From the IMG/VR virus record IMGVR_UViG_3300044984_001421, positions 21,368-85,367 of that record: a stretch of 64,000 nt of DNA; one strand, written 5' to 3'. The position numbers and the translations under genes were made by a program. The DNA comes from a virus. Of this stretch, positions 54,302 through 63,845 are shown in pieces. The stretch's first letter is position 1. Every line of letters begins with the position of its first letter. Under the pieces are notes generated by a model that searched no databases, was not told where the DNA came from, and saw nothing but the letters and a program-made list of their open reading frames with translations.

Positions 54302-54821
54302 CGAGCACGTCACGCATCGACCTCACGCGTTCCGGAGAACGATCAATCTGGACGCTTGTCTGAACCGTGTTGTTGATGATGGTGTCGGGAGACTTCCCAA
54401 GCACCGACTCCTGCGTCTTGGCAATTGCAGTCGCCGCCGCATTCAGTTCGGCATAGCCGGCGTTCACGCCGTCGCGCTGAACCTTGGTCGATACCGTCTT
54501 CGCAATGAGAACATTCGAGTTCCGAAAGAACGCTTCTAGCTTTGTCCGCTCGTCGGCCAGGGTGTTGATTACTCGCTGATCTGTTGAATCTTTCTGTTGA
54601 ATTTCGGCCTTTATTGCCTCAACCCTTTGAACCGACTCAACTTTTTTTTCAACAAGCTGTTGAATTTCGCCGCCCTTCTTCCAGCCTTCTGCCTTCGCCT
54701 TCTTGCTGATCGAGCTTCTATCCTTGATCGCCACTTCATCCCTGGCAGTGATATCCGCCAAAGACAGGCCAGCCTCAAAGAATGACCGAGCAACGCGCCA
54801 CTGTTCGTCCGTGTATGCCAT
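54288..54821 (-). CDS. terS: Terminase small subunit
   Basis: N-terminal HTH (W...FEAGLSLADI...SISKKAKAEGW); directly upstream of terL. Confidence 0.75.
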   Translation of the reverse strand: MAYTDEQWRVARSFFEAGLSLADITARDEVAIKDRSSISKKAKAEGWKKGGEIQQLVEKKVESVQRVEAIKAEIQQKDSTDQRVINTLADERTKLEAFFRNSNVLIAKTVSTKVQRDGVNAGYAELNAAATAIAKTQESVLGKSPDTIINNTVQTSVQIDRSPERVRSMRDVLDAAL

Positions 54822-55072
54822 CAGCGCACCCTCACAAGCCGTGGATGAACCCACATGGAGAACAGCACGCCGGTCGGACCGCCAGCCAGGGTTGCTGCAA
54901 TCTCAGACCAGGACGCAGACGGTATCAAGCGCCAGAGCACGATCTGGACAGCACCGATGGCGACGCTGGTGAGTGCGGCAAGGAGGTAGTGCCGGCCATG
55001 GACGTTCTGCTGCTGGAAGACCAGGAGCGCGACGACAGCGAATGCTGATGCGAACAGCGCGAGTTCAGTCAT
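54821..55072 (-). CDS. Small membrane protein with about three transmembrane segments
   Basis: Hydrophobic segments; LVFQQQNV. Confidence 0.6.
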   Translation of the reverse strand: MTELALFASAFAVVALLVFQQQNVHGRHYLLAALTSVAIGAVQIVLWRLIPSASWSEIAATLAGGPTGVLFSMWVHPRLVRVR

Positions 55073-55238
55073 CGCCAGCCTCGCTCTCAACGTTGCGCAG
55101 GACGGCATCGCATTTTCTGCAGATCACGATGAACTCCTGAAACGGGCTGCACTCCGTGGACGTCCGGTCAGACGGACCCATGTATGCGACATCGGAGAAA
55201 TCCACGGTCTCGTCGCATTGTGTGCAGACCTCGCTCAT
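55065..55238 (-). CDS. Small Zn-ribbon protein
   Basis: CTQC...CRKC. Confidence 0.45.
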   Translation of the reverse strand: MSEVCTQCDETVDFSDVAYMGPSDRTSTECSPFQEFIVICRKCDAVLRNVESEAGDD

Positions 55239-55242
55239 TGGA

Positions 55243-55503
55243 TCACCACTTGGCACGCTCATCTGCTTCAGATGCCATCTCGCGCAGTCGGTTAATGAAG
55301 TTCAATCCGCGAGATGCACACCAAGGCTTCTGCCACTCGTCAACAACACGACGAACCGCCTTGGCGACAGCGCGCCTGGCTACGTGGTCGGCGAACAGTC
55401 GGCAGGACACGGAAGTGACGACGGTTTTGTTTGCCGGGTCATCGAACTCGAAGAACTTGTCGAATTCGTCCTGGATGTCGTCTCGGCTCATGTCTTGGGT
55501 CAT
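55243..55503 (-). CDS. Hypothetical protein
   Basis: MTQDMSRDD start overlapping the methyltransferase stop. Confidence 0.55.
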   Translation of the reverse strand: MTQDMSRDDIQDEFDKFFEFDDPANKTVVTSVSCRLFADHVARRAVAKAVRRVVDEWQKPWCASRGLNFINRLREMASEADERAKW

Positions 55504-57143
55504 GCTTTCCTTGCCTCCATGATTGAAACCGACACGCTCGCACCGGCAAACTCGTTGTCGAACTGCGCGCTCCAGGAAACATCGAATCCAGGCAAGGTGA
55601 ACTTGTTGCGCATGCTGGCCGGCAGGATCGCCACCAGTCTGCCGCCCGGCTTGACCCGGTTTGCGGCAGCTTCGACGTGCGCCTGCGCCCTGCCCTCGCT
55701 GAACGGAGGATTCATAACGACTCGGTCGAACATCGCACCGGTTTCCTTCGCCCACTGGATGAAGTCGGAGCAATCCACCGTGTGGCCTTTTGACTTCAAA
55801 ACCTTGCAATGCAGATCAGACACCTCGACGCAGACAGTGCGGTCCATTGGCATCAAGTCGGCCAGCCCACCGATGCCGGCGCTTGGCTCCAAGCAAGAAT
55901 CATCCGGGCCGATCTGTGCCGCTTCAACCGCGATGCGCGCAAGCCGCTCCGGCGTTGGGTAATACTGGTGCGCCTTTTGGTCTGGAATGCAGCCTGACGC
56001 GACGATATCGCGGATGACATCGCGCGGCTCGTAGTCGAACTGGAAGTAGCCTTTCTGCGTCTTCGTACCGCCGATGGCTTCCAGCACCTTCTCTGCCTCA
56101 TGGCGTGCCGGCTTGCTGTCGCTTGCACTTGCGTAAGAGAACTGCATGGCGTTCGGTATTGGGACGCGTCTGAATTGTTCGCGCCAGTTTCCAGGTTGCG
56201 CGACCATTTCAACCGCCTGCGACATTCCGCTCAGAACCTCCAACACTGCGAACGGCAGCGGGCGTTGGATCATCTGGTATTCCTTGGCGCGCTTCTCCCG
56301 CTTCGGCTTGCGGCGGAATTCCTCCGGGATGGCAGCCGGGTACATGCTGGACAGGACGCTGTTCAAGCGCCATGCCATGTCCGGGTGAACCTCCAAGTGC
56401 GCCGTGCCCTTCTTGTAGAGCCGGATGCGAACCGCGCCGCCGTCCACCGTCACCCATTCACCCCAGCGGTGCTTCAGCGTCTCGATCATGTTGGCGCTGA
56501 CGCCCCACTTCGGCTCGTCGCGGCCCATGAACTTCGCAATCACGCAGCGCAGATCGTTGATATAGCCTGCCTTGCCGTGCTGCACGCTGTAGTAGTCGTT
56601 CAGAACGTAGTTCAGGATCATCCGCTTTCCGAACCCGGCCGGGCTGTTGGTGATGTGCTCGCCGGACAGGTTGCGGAAGATGCCGTCTACCCGCTCGGCA
56701 AAGAACTTCGACCGGCTGGCGAGCAGGGTCTCAATCGTTGCGCGTACCGTATCTTCCGTAAACTCTGGACAGGTCATGTCGCGGATTGAGGCGTGCCATT
56801 CGTCGCGCCGAGCCTGTGGCATCGAGTCGATCACGTCGGTCAACTGGATAGTCTTGCTCCAGCTTTCCGCATCAAGCGCCGATATCGCGGCCTTTTCATC
56901 GAACAGTACAGCAGGCGGAGAGAAGTGCCGATCATTCGACCGTGCGGCCGCGAGGAAGTAATGCACCGCCGCGCCATTCGGGCCGGCGAACTGCCTCGCA
57001 ATCGCCTCGATGCGGGACCGCATATCACGGTACTGACCCATGATGCCGTCGATCATGTCAGATGACGCCAGCGCGAAGAACTCGGGCGCGTCAGGGTCGA
57101 TCAACTCCCCGGCGATGGCGTTATGGATGTCGGAAAGATTCAT
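55500..57143 (-). CDS. DUF4942-type SAM-dependent DNA methyltransferase
   Basis: YKKGTAHLEVHP, QYYPTP, LEPSAGIG, VVMNPPF. Confidence 0.85.
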   Translation of the reverse strand: MNLSDIHNAIAGELIDPDAPEFFALASSDMIDGIMGQYRDMRSRIEAIARQFAGPNGAAVHYFLAAARSNDRHFSPPAVLFDEKAAISALDAESWSKTIQLTDVIDSMPQARRDEWHASIRDMTCPEFTEDTVRATIETLLASRSKFFAERVDGIFRNLSGEHITNSPAGFGKRMILNYVLNDYYSVQHGKAGYINDLRCVIAKFMGRDEPKWGVSANMIETLKHRWGEWVTVDGGAVRIRLYKKGTAHLEVHPDMAWRLNSVLSSMYPAAIPEEFRRKPKREKRAKEYQMIQRPLPFAVLEVLSGMSQAVEMVAQPGNWREQFRRVPIPNAMQFSYASASDSKPARHEAEKVLEAIGGTKTQKGYFQFDYEPRDVIRDIVASGCIPDQKAHQYYPTPERLARIAVEAAQIGPDDSCLEPSAGIGGLADLMPMDRTVCVEVSDLHCKVLKSKGHTVDCSDFIQWAKETGAMFDRVVMNPPFSEGRAQAHVEAAANRVKPGGRLVAILPASMRNKFTLPGFDVSWSAQFDNEFAGASVSVSIMEARKA

Positions 57144-57197
57144 GGCTTTGATTTAGTGGTTTTAGTGCAGCCAATGATACTTGATTTATGTGCATTC

Positions 57198-57212
57198 ATA
57201 ACAGTTTTGTTT
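57198..57212. promoter_or_regulatory. Operator copy ATAACAGTTTTGTTT upstream of the methyltransferase
   Basis: Identical to the operator in the 28084 promoter; AT-rich intergenic region. Confidence 0.55.
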
Positions 57213-57216
57213 GTCT

Positions 57217-58647
57217 TTATGCACCATTCCACTTCGACGTCAGAGCATCGATCACCGACTGCGGGAACGGCTCGCCAGTCTCGGCATGAACTGGAACGCG
57301 ACCGGTGTACATGAAGTAGCGCACAGCAATGACGTCGCAAAACTTCGGATCGAACTCCATCAGCCTGGCGCACATGCCAAGACGCTCGGCGGCAATCATG
57401 GTGGTGCCAGATCCGCCGAAGCCGTCGATGATGATGTCGTTCGCCCTGGCGTTGTTCTTTGCCAGGCGCTCCCACAAGGCGACCGGCTTCATGGTTGGAT
57501 GCATTGCTGACCGCTTCGGCTTGGGAACGTGCAGCAGCGTAGACGGCGCTTCCTCGACAACAGCGTCAGCGTTGAGGTAGTAGATCGAATCTTCAGAGAC
57601 GATGGCGTAACGGCCATCTTCCATGCGCTGTATGGGCGGCGTGTCGCCGTAGGATTGGACCGTTGTTTGCTTGCGCCCGCCGAACCATGCGCGGGTGGCT
57701 CCCGGCTTGGTTGCGTACAGGATTGGCTCATGGCGGTAGTGGAAGTCGCCGCGCCCGAGAACAAGCGCGTTCTTGACCCACATCAGACAGGACTTCAAGT
57801 GAAAACCCGCCTTCTTCAGCGCGCCCCGGAAGTTGGCCCCTTCGCTGTCGGCGTGCGCGACGTACATCGCAGCGCCCGGCTTCATCACCGCAAACGAGCA
57901 GGTATAAAAGTCGAGCAAGAACTGGTAGAACTCGCCGTCCTTCATGTCGTCGTTCTTGATTTTTCCCGCCAGCTTCGACTCGTAGGCGACGTTGTAAGGC
58001 GGATCGCAAACCTGGATATCAGCAAGCTCAGTGCCCATCAGCGCGGTCCAATCCCCCATGTCGGTGGATGACCCGCAGCGAACACGGTGTGGACCGCACA
58101 CCCAGATGTCGCCAATCTTCGAATACGGATCGACCGGGATGTCAGGCGCTGCGTCAGGGTCTTTCTCTGGATTGGTGAGGTCTGGATCAAGCAAGTCGGT
58201 CAGCATATCGCCGAAGCCAAGCAGATCCAGGTCAAAGCCTTCCAACTTCAAATCAGCCAGTTCGACCTTCAGCAGTTCATCGTCCCATCCGCTCGCCAGC
58301 GCGATCTGGTTGTCGGCCAGGATGTACGCGCGGCGCTTTGTGTCGCTCCATCCAGAGCAATCAACGACCGGAACAGTGCCAAACGGAATCTGGTCGCCAT
58401 TTGGCAATTTGATCGGGACACCGGAAGCGTAAAGCTTCTGCGCGCCAAGGACTCGACCGTGACCAGCAACAATCCCTTTCTCGTCCGCAAGGACTGGGTT
58501 CGTGAATCCAAACTCTGAAATGCTTCCTGCGATTAGGGCGACATTCTTGCTGTCGTGCGTCCGCGCATTTCTGATGTACGGGATCAGGCTGTCAACGCTC
58601 GCATAGCGTGTGCTCAACGACTCAGATTGCTTTTCTGCGGTTTCCAT
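57217..58647 (-). CDS. ParB-like N-terminal domain fused to an N6/N4 DNA methyltransferase
   Basis: PYIRNARTH...FGFTNP...AGHGR; DPPYN; HPTMKP; DGFGGSGTT. Confidence 0.9.
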   Translation of the reverse strand: METAEKQSESLSTRYASVDSLIPYIRNARTHDSKNVALIAGSISEFGFTNPVLADEKGIVAGHGRVLGAQKLYASGVPIKLPNGDQIPFGTVPVVDCSGWSDTKRRAYILADNQIALASGWDDELLKVELADLKLEGFDLDLLGFGDMLTDLLDPDLTNPEKDPDAAPDIPVDPYSKIGDIWVCGPHRVRCGSSTDMGDWTALMGTELADIQVCDPPYNVAYESKLAGKIKNDDMKDGEFYQFLLDFYTCSFAVMKPGAAMYVAHADSEGANFRGALKKAGFHLKSCLMWVKNALVLGRGDFHYRHEPILYATKPGATRAWFGGRKQTTVQSYGDTPPIQRMEDGRYAIVSEDSIYYLNADAVVEEAPSTLLHVPKPKRSAMHPTMKPVALWERLAKNNARANDIIIDGFGGSGTTMIAAERLGMCARLMEFDPKFCDVIAVRYFMYTGRVPVHAETGEPFPQSVIDALTSKWNGA

Positions 58648-58655
58648 ATCACTCC

Positions 58656-58671
58656 AGTGTGGCGTCACGAT
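58656..58671 (-). promoter_or_regulatory. First (most upstream) late promoter variant
   Basis: ATCGTGACG-CCACACT, 15 nt before ATG 58647. Confidence 0.55.
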
Positions 58672-59024
58672 TGAACAAGCTCTTGCATGAGGACGACTTC
58701 ATGCGGGAATTCCGGTGTTTTTTCAGGGTTTGGAACACAGCGAACGCGGCTGCTGGCACCGGACGGATAGTGGTGACCACAGAAGCACAGTTCTTTGAGC
58801 TTTCCAGTCTCATGCCCACAGTTCGAGCAGCGATATCCAGTAACCGGAAGCGGTTCTTGCTTTGGCTTATCATTGGAAAATCCAATGAAATCCAGCGTTG
58901 AGGATTCCTTCGTCGGCCTCGGCTTTGCCGGGGTGACAAGACCGGCATCTGACTCGACAAATGACAGGATGCGCCCGACACCGCAATGACGGCACATATG
59001 GTCTACCAACTGATATATCCGCAT
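58665..59024 (-). CDS. Zn-finger protein
   Basis: HMCRHC...YRCSNC...LCFCG...C. Confidence 0.65.
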   Translation of the reverse strand: MRIYQLVDHMCRHCGVGRILSFVESDAGLVTPAKPRPTKESSTLDFIGFSNDKPKQEPLPVTGYRCSNCGHETGKLKELCFCGHHYPSGASSRVRCVPNPEKTPEFPHEVVLMQELVQS

Positions 59025-59594
59025 TCAGAACAACCTCAACTGAACAGGTGCAGCATGCGTAAGAAGACCAGTGACGAAGATCTTGTGCTGGCGCTTCATG
59101 GACCCGGCAAGCAGGAAGTTACTGGTCAGCATTCGGACTGCTTTTCCACTACAGGATCGAAAGGCCAGGACAGCCGCCTCTACTGGCGAACAAAACCGGT
59201 CAAGGTGCGCGTGTCCACCTCCCTGCACGTCATAGTCGACTGAGTGCAGGCGTTTGGCGTGCGTCGGATATGACCCCTTCGCATTCATGCCGATAAGCAA
59301 CTCACGCTCTCGGTTGTAGCAAGAGACGCAGATCGCACCGCGTATCAAGCGCTGATCTGTTCTGCCGCATCTGGCGCACATATGACGCGCCACCTCGCGC
59401 ACAGGGAGAGCACCAGCATGTAGCGCGCCGATATCGCACTCACGGCAGAGTATGCGATTGCAGTTCTCTACGGTGCCGCGAGCACTTCGCCAGTTTTTCG
59501 CGCAGGCATCGACAGAGAACGTCCCGCGATATGGAGTGCATTCGAAATAATCACCGTCAACTCCGTCAATCTTCAAATATTTCACCGTTGCCAC
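59025..59594 (-). CDS. Cys-rich Zn-binding protein
   Basis: C...CA..W...CREC..GA.HAG...CARC...ICVSCYNRERE. Confidence 0.7.
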   Translation of the reverse strand: MATVKYLKIDGVDGDYFECTPYRGTFSVDACAKNWRSARGTVENCNRILCRECDIGALHAGALPVREVARHMCARCGRTDQRLIRGAICVSCYNRERELLIGMNAKGSYPTHAKRLHSVDYDVQGGGHAHLDRFCSPVEAAVLAFRSCSGKAVRMLTSNFLLAGSMKRQHKIFVTGLLTHAAPVQLRLF

Positions 59595-60069
59595 CCCCGC
59601 GCTTTGACCACATTGATGAAACCAAAGACTTCAATTTTTCCGCTTGATCCGGGCCATGCAGCGCCTCGAATTTCATGACCAACGACTGCCTTGCTTGTAA
59701 GTTTCTGGTGATCAATATCTCGCGCGCCGCTATGTAGGTAGGGAACGCGCAAAGAGAAATGCGAAGCCGTTCCTGACAGCAGAATCTTTCCGAATAGACG
59801 TTTGATTCCGATGTGCATAGCGCGCAATCTACCGACTCAACATGATCTGGAATTGCACTTCCAGAAGCTGCGGGTTCTCCAAGTGAATCTCTGCGCAGTT
59901 CCAACAGACCTTCGCTGACATCTTCCTGCCGAGTCCGTTGTGCATCAGGAATATGATCGGGCTGGCTGAAGATATCGGCTCCCCGCACGTCGCGCATGCC
60001 AAAGAGGTCCGTGAACTCTGTGGTGGCGGGAGTAGGACGGGCGGGTTCACTCACGTTCCAGCGCTTCAA
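59566..60069 (-). CDS. Hypothetical protein (start uncertain)
   Basis: Fills the operon; CALC...CC. Confidence 0.45.
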   Translation of the reverse strand: MKRWNVSEPARPTPATTEFTDLFGMRDVRGADIFSQPDHIPDAQRTRQEDVSEGLLELRRDSLGEPAASGSAIPDHVESVDCALCTSESNVYSERFCCQERLRISLCAFPTYIAAREILITRNLQARQSLVMKFEALHGPDQAEKLKSLVSSMWSKRGGGNGEIFED

Positions 60070-60334
60070 TGGTCATGGCGAGCAGGATCGGCTCGCTCAG
60101 TTTGTAACGGCGCTCAAACTCCCTGGTACCGAGTCCGTGCAGGCCGGTCGCTCCACGGTGATGCTCCGGGCACAGACCGATTGCAAGCCAATGACTGGCC
60201 CGCTGCGCCATGCCTTCAGAGAAGCGCGGGTGATGCACCTCTGCCGGCGTCACGCCATAACCAAGGTGCCTGCACAGCACACAGCCGAGACGTGCAACTC
60301 GGTCTAGATGGCGCTTTTCTGCTGACGTGCTCAT
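60047..60334 (-). CDS. Ref-family (recombination enhancement) HNH nuclease
   Basis: EKRHLDRVARLGCVLC...AEVHH...LCPEHHR...GLH...FERRY; the true start is MSTSAEK. Confidence 0.8.
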   Translation of the reverse strand: MSTSAEKRHLDRVARLGCVLCRHLGYGVTPAEVHHPRFSEGMAQRASHWLAIGLCPEHHRGATGLHGLGTREFERRYKLSEPILLAMTIEALERE

Positions 60335-60846
60335 TCCCCGAACCCCATCAGAATTGTTTCCATCATTTCGCTCGGGTCTTCCAGGTGCTTCCAGAGGTAA
60401 TGCGCCGCGTGCGGGCCGCGCAAGAAGTCGATCACTTGATCGTGGTACCGGTGAAACTCTTCCTCGTCGGCCTTGGCGTAACTGATCGACTTCGGGATCG
60501 GAACGACGCCACCCTTCGGGCCGGCAGCCCAGATCACCCAGGCAGCGCCGACCTTCAGCCAGTAGCGGAATTGCTCGAAGTCGGTGAACTTGTCCTGCGC
60601 ATCGAACACCGACTGCTCGATCTTCATGTGCCGACGATGGAACGGACCGGAACGCGGAAACACCATCTCCAGAACTGCCATCTCGCCAGGACCAAGCGCA
60701 ATGAAGCGCTTCCACATGCGACGCCATGCGCGCTTGTCGTCCTTGTGCGCGCCGTCGATGACGCCGAACAGGAATCCGCGAACCTGTTCCAGAACGCTCT
60801 CTGGCGGCAGTTCCTGGTTGGTTCTGGCGATGGTGATGACAGTCAC
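60331..60846 (-). CDS. DUF1367-like phage protein
   Basis: RSGPFHRR...FEQFRYWLKVGA...PKSISYA. Confidence 0.7.
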   Translation of the reverse strand: MTVITIARTNQELPPESVLEQVRGFLFGVIDGAHKDDKRAWRRMWKRFIALGPGEMAVLEMVFPRSGPFHRRHMKIEQSVFDAQDKFTDFEQFRYWLKVGAAWVIWAAGPKGGVVPIPKSISYAKADEEEFHRYHDQVIDFLRGPHAAHYLWKHLEDPSEMMETILMGFGE

Positions 60847-61295
60847 TTGCGCGCGCCTTCATGCTGGTTGGATGCACGCGCCGTCTGCATCTGGATGGCA
60901 CGCGCAACGGCGTCGCCAGCCTCTTGCAGATCTTGAAGCACGTCACCCTTCCCGCGCAGTCCGGAGCACAGCAGTTTCTTGATCGCGTGCTGACGAGCAG
61001 GACAGGTGACGGAAAACGCGTCCAGAACCGCGTACACGTCGAGCGCCCCATCGACAAGGCACACCGCTTTTCGCAGGTACTTTAAACCGCTTTTGTTGAA
61101 CGTCGGTTCTGCTTCAGGAATATCCGGGATAGGTTCATCCGCCGCGTAGATGTCACCACCACCAAACGGCCCCGCTTCAAACGTGCCAGGTTTCACGGAA
61201 TCACGCATGAAATGGTTTGTCGTTCCATGGCATTCTGAACATGGGTATTTGTTATCAGGCGTTGCACTGTGAATGCAGCTTTCGCACGTTTCCAT
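60843..61295 (-). CDS. Phage protein with a DVY.VL.AF.V..PA.QHAIKKLLC.G.RG domain (DUF3310-like)
   Basis: Motif recognition; N-terminal CxxC...CxxC. Confidence 0.65.
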   Translation of the reverse strand: METCESCIHSATPDNKYPCSECHGTTNHFMRDSVKPGTFEAGPFGGGDIYAADEPIPDIPEAEPTFNKSGLKYLRKAVCLVDGALDVYAVLDAFSVTCPARQHAIKKLLCSGLRGKGDVLQDLQEAGDAVARAIQMQTARASNQHEGARK

Positions 61296-61296
61296 T

Positions 61297-61731
61297 TCAC
61301 TCTTTCGGTGTGAACCATGCCGCATCAAAGTACGTATGCGGTGTGGTGTTTCTTGGGGCAGGCGTGACGCGATAGCTCACGCCAGACTGGCTGTATTTCG
61401 TTTCCATGCGACCAACAATCTCGACATCAACCGGGATACCACTGAAGTTTGTCGTCGCCTTGTCGCCAACCTGAAGGTCAAGGAATGTCTTCTTTCCGTC
61501 GCCAAGATGCGGACAGTCCGTGCAGGCCATATCGCTATGGCGCAACGTGTGACCACATGCGATATCAAGCCATGGCGTAGTCACTAGATTTACGATTTGG
61601 CGACGCTCAAGCACATGGTCTGATGCATAGACATTGCGCACAGATGCAGGAATCGAAGCCGTGTCATTGCCGCCACGCTTTAATCCCCAGCATCCGTACC
61701 GATGGCCGGCGTTATGAACACCAGGCTTCAC
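61297..61731 (-). CDS. Hypothetical protein
   Basis: Coupled ORF. Confidence 0.5.
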   Translation of the reverse strand: MKPGVHNAGHRYGCWGLKRGGNDTASIPASVRNVYASDHVLERRQIVNLVTTPWLDIACGHTLRHSDMACTDCPHLGDGKKTFLDLQVGDKATTNFSGIPVDVEIVGRMETKYSQSGVSYRVTPAPRNTTPHTYFDAAWFTPKE

Positions 61732-62144
61732 AGAGATGCCCTCACGCCGCCGAACCGGTCAAGATCAGCCATCATCGCCATCGCTGCATCGAACACATCT
61801 CGATTGGATGAGCGCATCAACGCGGGCAATGTCACCTTAATGGCTGCTCGGATCGGCAACTCTTCTGACGGCGTGATGTGGTTATCTTCACGCGACATGA
61901 CGATTCCGATCATCCTGATGATTGCATCAGCCTGGATGCGCTCAGGGCCAGACTTGAACATCCGTCGAATGATGTCAGCGTGCGCGCACAGCATCGAGTA
62001 ATGCTCCTGAGTCGCCATGCCAGCCTCTAGCGCAAGCAAGGAGGCATGCACATCACCCTCTGTCATCCACGCATTCCGCATGTTCAGAGGACGAATCACC
62101 TCCTTCTGGCGATAGCGCTTGGCCGGCTTTTTGTTTCCAGCCAT
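61728..62144 (-). CDS. Hypothetical protein
   Basis: MAGNKKPAKRYR start; coupled ORF. Confidence 0.6.
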   Translation of the reverse strand: MAGNKKPAKRYRQKEVIRPLNMRNAWMTEGDVHASLLALEAGMATQEHYSMLCAHADIIRRMFKSGPERIQADAIIRMIGIVMSREDNHITPSEELPIRAAIKVTLPALMRSSNRDVFDAAMAMMADLDRFGGVRASL

Positions 62145-62145
62145 G

Positions 62146-62514
62146 TCAGGTGTTCCCGACCATGGCAACCGCCTCTGCGTTCAGATCTCGGAAGTTTGCG
62201 TCGTGCTCGGTGAAGCCGTCCGGGAAACGAGCGCGCAGCTTGTTGATGTTGGCGACGGCGATGTCTTCCAGCGTCACGCCCAGGCCAGTCGCCATCAGCG
62301 AGACGAACCACATCAGATCGCCGCATTCCTCGATCATGTTCTGGCGGTCAAGAACCTTCCCGTAACGGCGATGCTTTTTGATCGCGCTGGCGATTTCACC
62401 GACTTCATCGACCATGCCCTCGAAGGCGTGACCGATCTGTTCGATTTGCGATTCGTTGCGTGCAGTCCGCATCGCCAAGGATTGATATGCGTTGAGCTTC
62501 ATGTCGTGTCTCAC
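62146..62514 (-). CDS. MazG-like nucleotide pyrophosphohydrolase
   Basis: YQ..AMRT...EVGE...KK...EECGDLMWFV...NINKLRARFPDGF. Confidence 0.85.
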   Translation of the reverse strand: MRHDMKLNAYQSLAMRTARNESQIEQIGHAFEGMVDEVGEIASAIKKHRRYGKVLDRQNMIEECGDLMWFVSLMATGLGVTLEDIAVANINKLRARFPDGFTEHDANFRDLNAEAVAMVGNT

Positions 62515-63845
62515 AAGTTGTTGTCGCGCGGTCTGCGCGTAGGTTTGGAAGATGCCGGCTCGTAGTGGCCGGCGAAGTTTTCAAAGCGAACAACGTCGCC
62601 ACGGAAGACAGAAGGCACCATCCCAGTCTCGCCGTGCCGGTTCTTTCTGATCAGGATTTCGCAGACACCCTTGTCCTGCGTGTCCGGGTTGTAGACCTCG
62701 TCGCGGTAGAGCATCAGGATCGAATCAGCGTCCTGCTCGACAGCGCCAGACTCGCGCAGATCGGCTTGTTGTGGACGGCGGTCTGCGCGGTCTTCGAGCT
62801 TTCGATTCAACTGGCTCAAAGCGATGACCGGGCAGCCAAGCTGCTTGGCCGCGATCTTCAGCGAGCGTGTTATCTTTGCGATCTCCTGTTCCCGCGTGTC
62901 GCCAGACGACTGCACCAGGCCGATGTAGTCGATGACGACCGGGCCGATCCCGCCATTGCGGCGTTTGAACGTCCGCATCGTCGCCAGAATCTGACTGAGC
63001 GACGTGCTGTGGTCGTCGATGTAGACGTGGACCTGTTCTAGTTTTCCGACTGCTGCAGCCAGACCACTCCAGTCGTGGTCATCGAACTGCGCTGTCCGGA
63101 ATTTCTTCAGATTCACCCGGCCGGCAGAAGACATCAGCCGGTCGACCAATTGGCCCGCCGACATCTCCAACGAGAAAAACAGGCCGGGCTTTTCCGCCGT
63201 GGACATGGCATCCGCGATCTGCATCGCAAAGGCACTTTTACCCATTCCTGGTCGGCCAGCGACGACCATCATGTCGCCCGGTCGAACCTTGCCCAGCATG
63301 GTGTCGAGATCGGTCAAACCAGTGCTCAAGCCGTCGTCGTTGCCGGCGAAGATGCCGTCCAGCACGTCGATGCGACTCGCCGCCAGCGTCGATGCGCGCA
63401 CCGGCTCCCGCGTTTCTGCGCGGTCGCCTATCGCCATGATCCGCGACTGCGCATCCGCAAGAATGTCGGTCACATCGCCAGACTGCAGCGCCTCGGTGAT
63501 CTGGTTCAACGCCACCATCAGCCCGCGACGGATGGCACGGTCTTTGACCTGGGCGGCGTAGGTTTTCACGTTGGCCGACGAGTAGACGTTCTGCGCAAGA
63601 CTGGTCAGGTAGTCCAAGCCGCCCACGGTGTCGAGCTTGCCGGCACGTTCCAGCGTATCGGAAACGGTGATGACGTCGACCGGCTTACCAGCATCCAGCA
63701 TCGAGCGGATCGCCTGCCAAGCGGTGGCGTGCGACACGCTGGCGAAGTCTTCCGGGACGATTTCCAGACCATCCGCCGAGTCAGGCCAGAGCAGCGCCAC
63801 GCCGATGACATGCTGCTCGGCCGGAATGTTTTTCAGGTCGATCAT
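62511..63845 (-). CDS. dnaB: Replicative DNA helicase DnaB
   Basis: AGRPGMGKS, FSLEMS, IDYIGL, LSQLNR, DLRESGAVEQDAD, KNRHG. Confidence 0.95.
   Translation of the reverse strand: MIDLKNIPAEQHVIGVALLWPDSADGLEIVPEDFASVSHATAWQAIRSMLDAGKPVDVITVSDTLERAGKLDTVGGLDYLTSLAQNVYSSANVKTYAAQVKDRAIRRGLMVALNQITEALQSGDVTDILADAQSRIMAIGDRAETREPVRASTLAASRIDVLDGIFAGNDDGLSTGLTDLDTMLGKVRPGDMMVVAGRPGMGKSAFAMQIADAMSTAEKPGLFFSLEMSAGQLVDRLMSSAGRVNLKKFRTAQFDDHDWSGLAAAVGKLEQVHVYIDDHSTSLSQILATMRTFKRRNGGIGPVVIDYIGLVQSSGDTREQEIAKITRSLKIAAKQLGCPVIALSQLNRKLEDRADRRPQQADLRESGAVEQDADSILMLYRDEVYNPDTQDKGVCEILIRKNRHGETGMVPSVFRGDVVRFENFAGHYEPASSKPTRRPRDNNL

Noticed and set aside
60047-61057. 336-aa ORF in the track
   Set aside because: Only the last 95 codons (from ATG 60334) are the Ref-like gene; the upstream part overlaps two real genes in other frames
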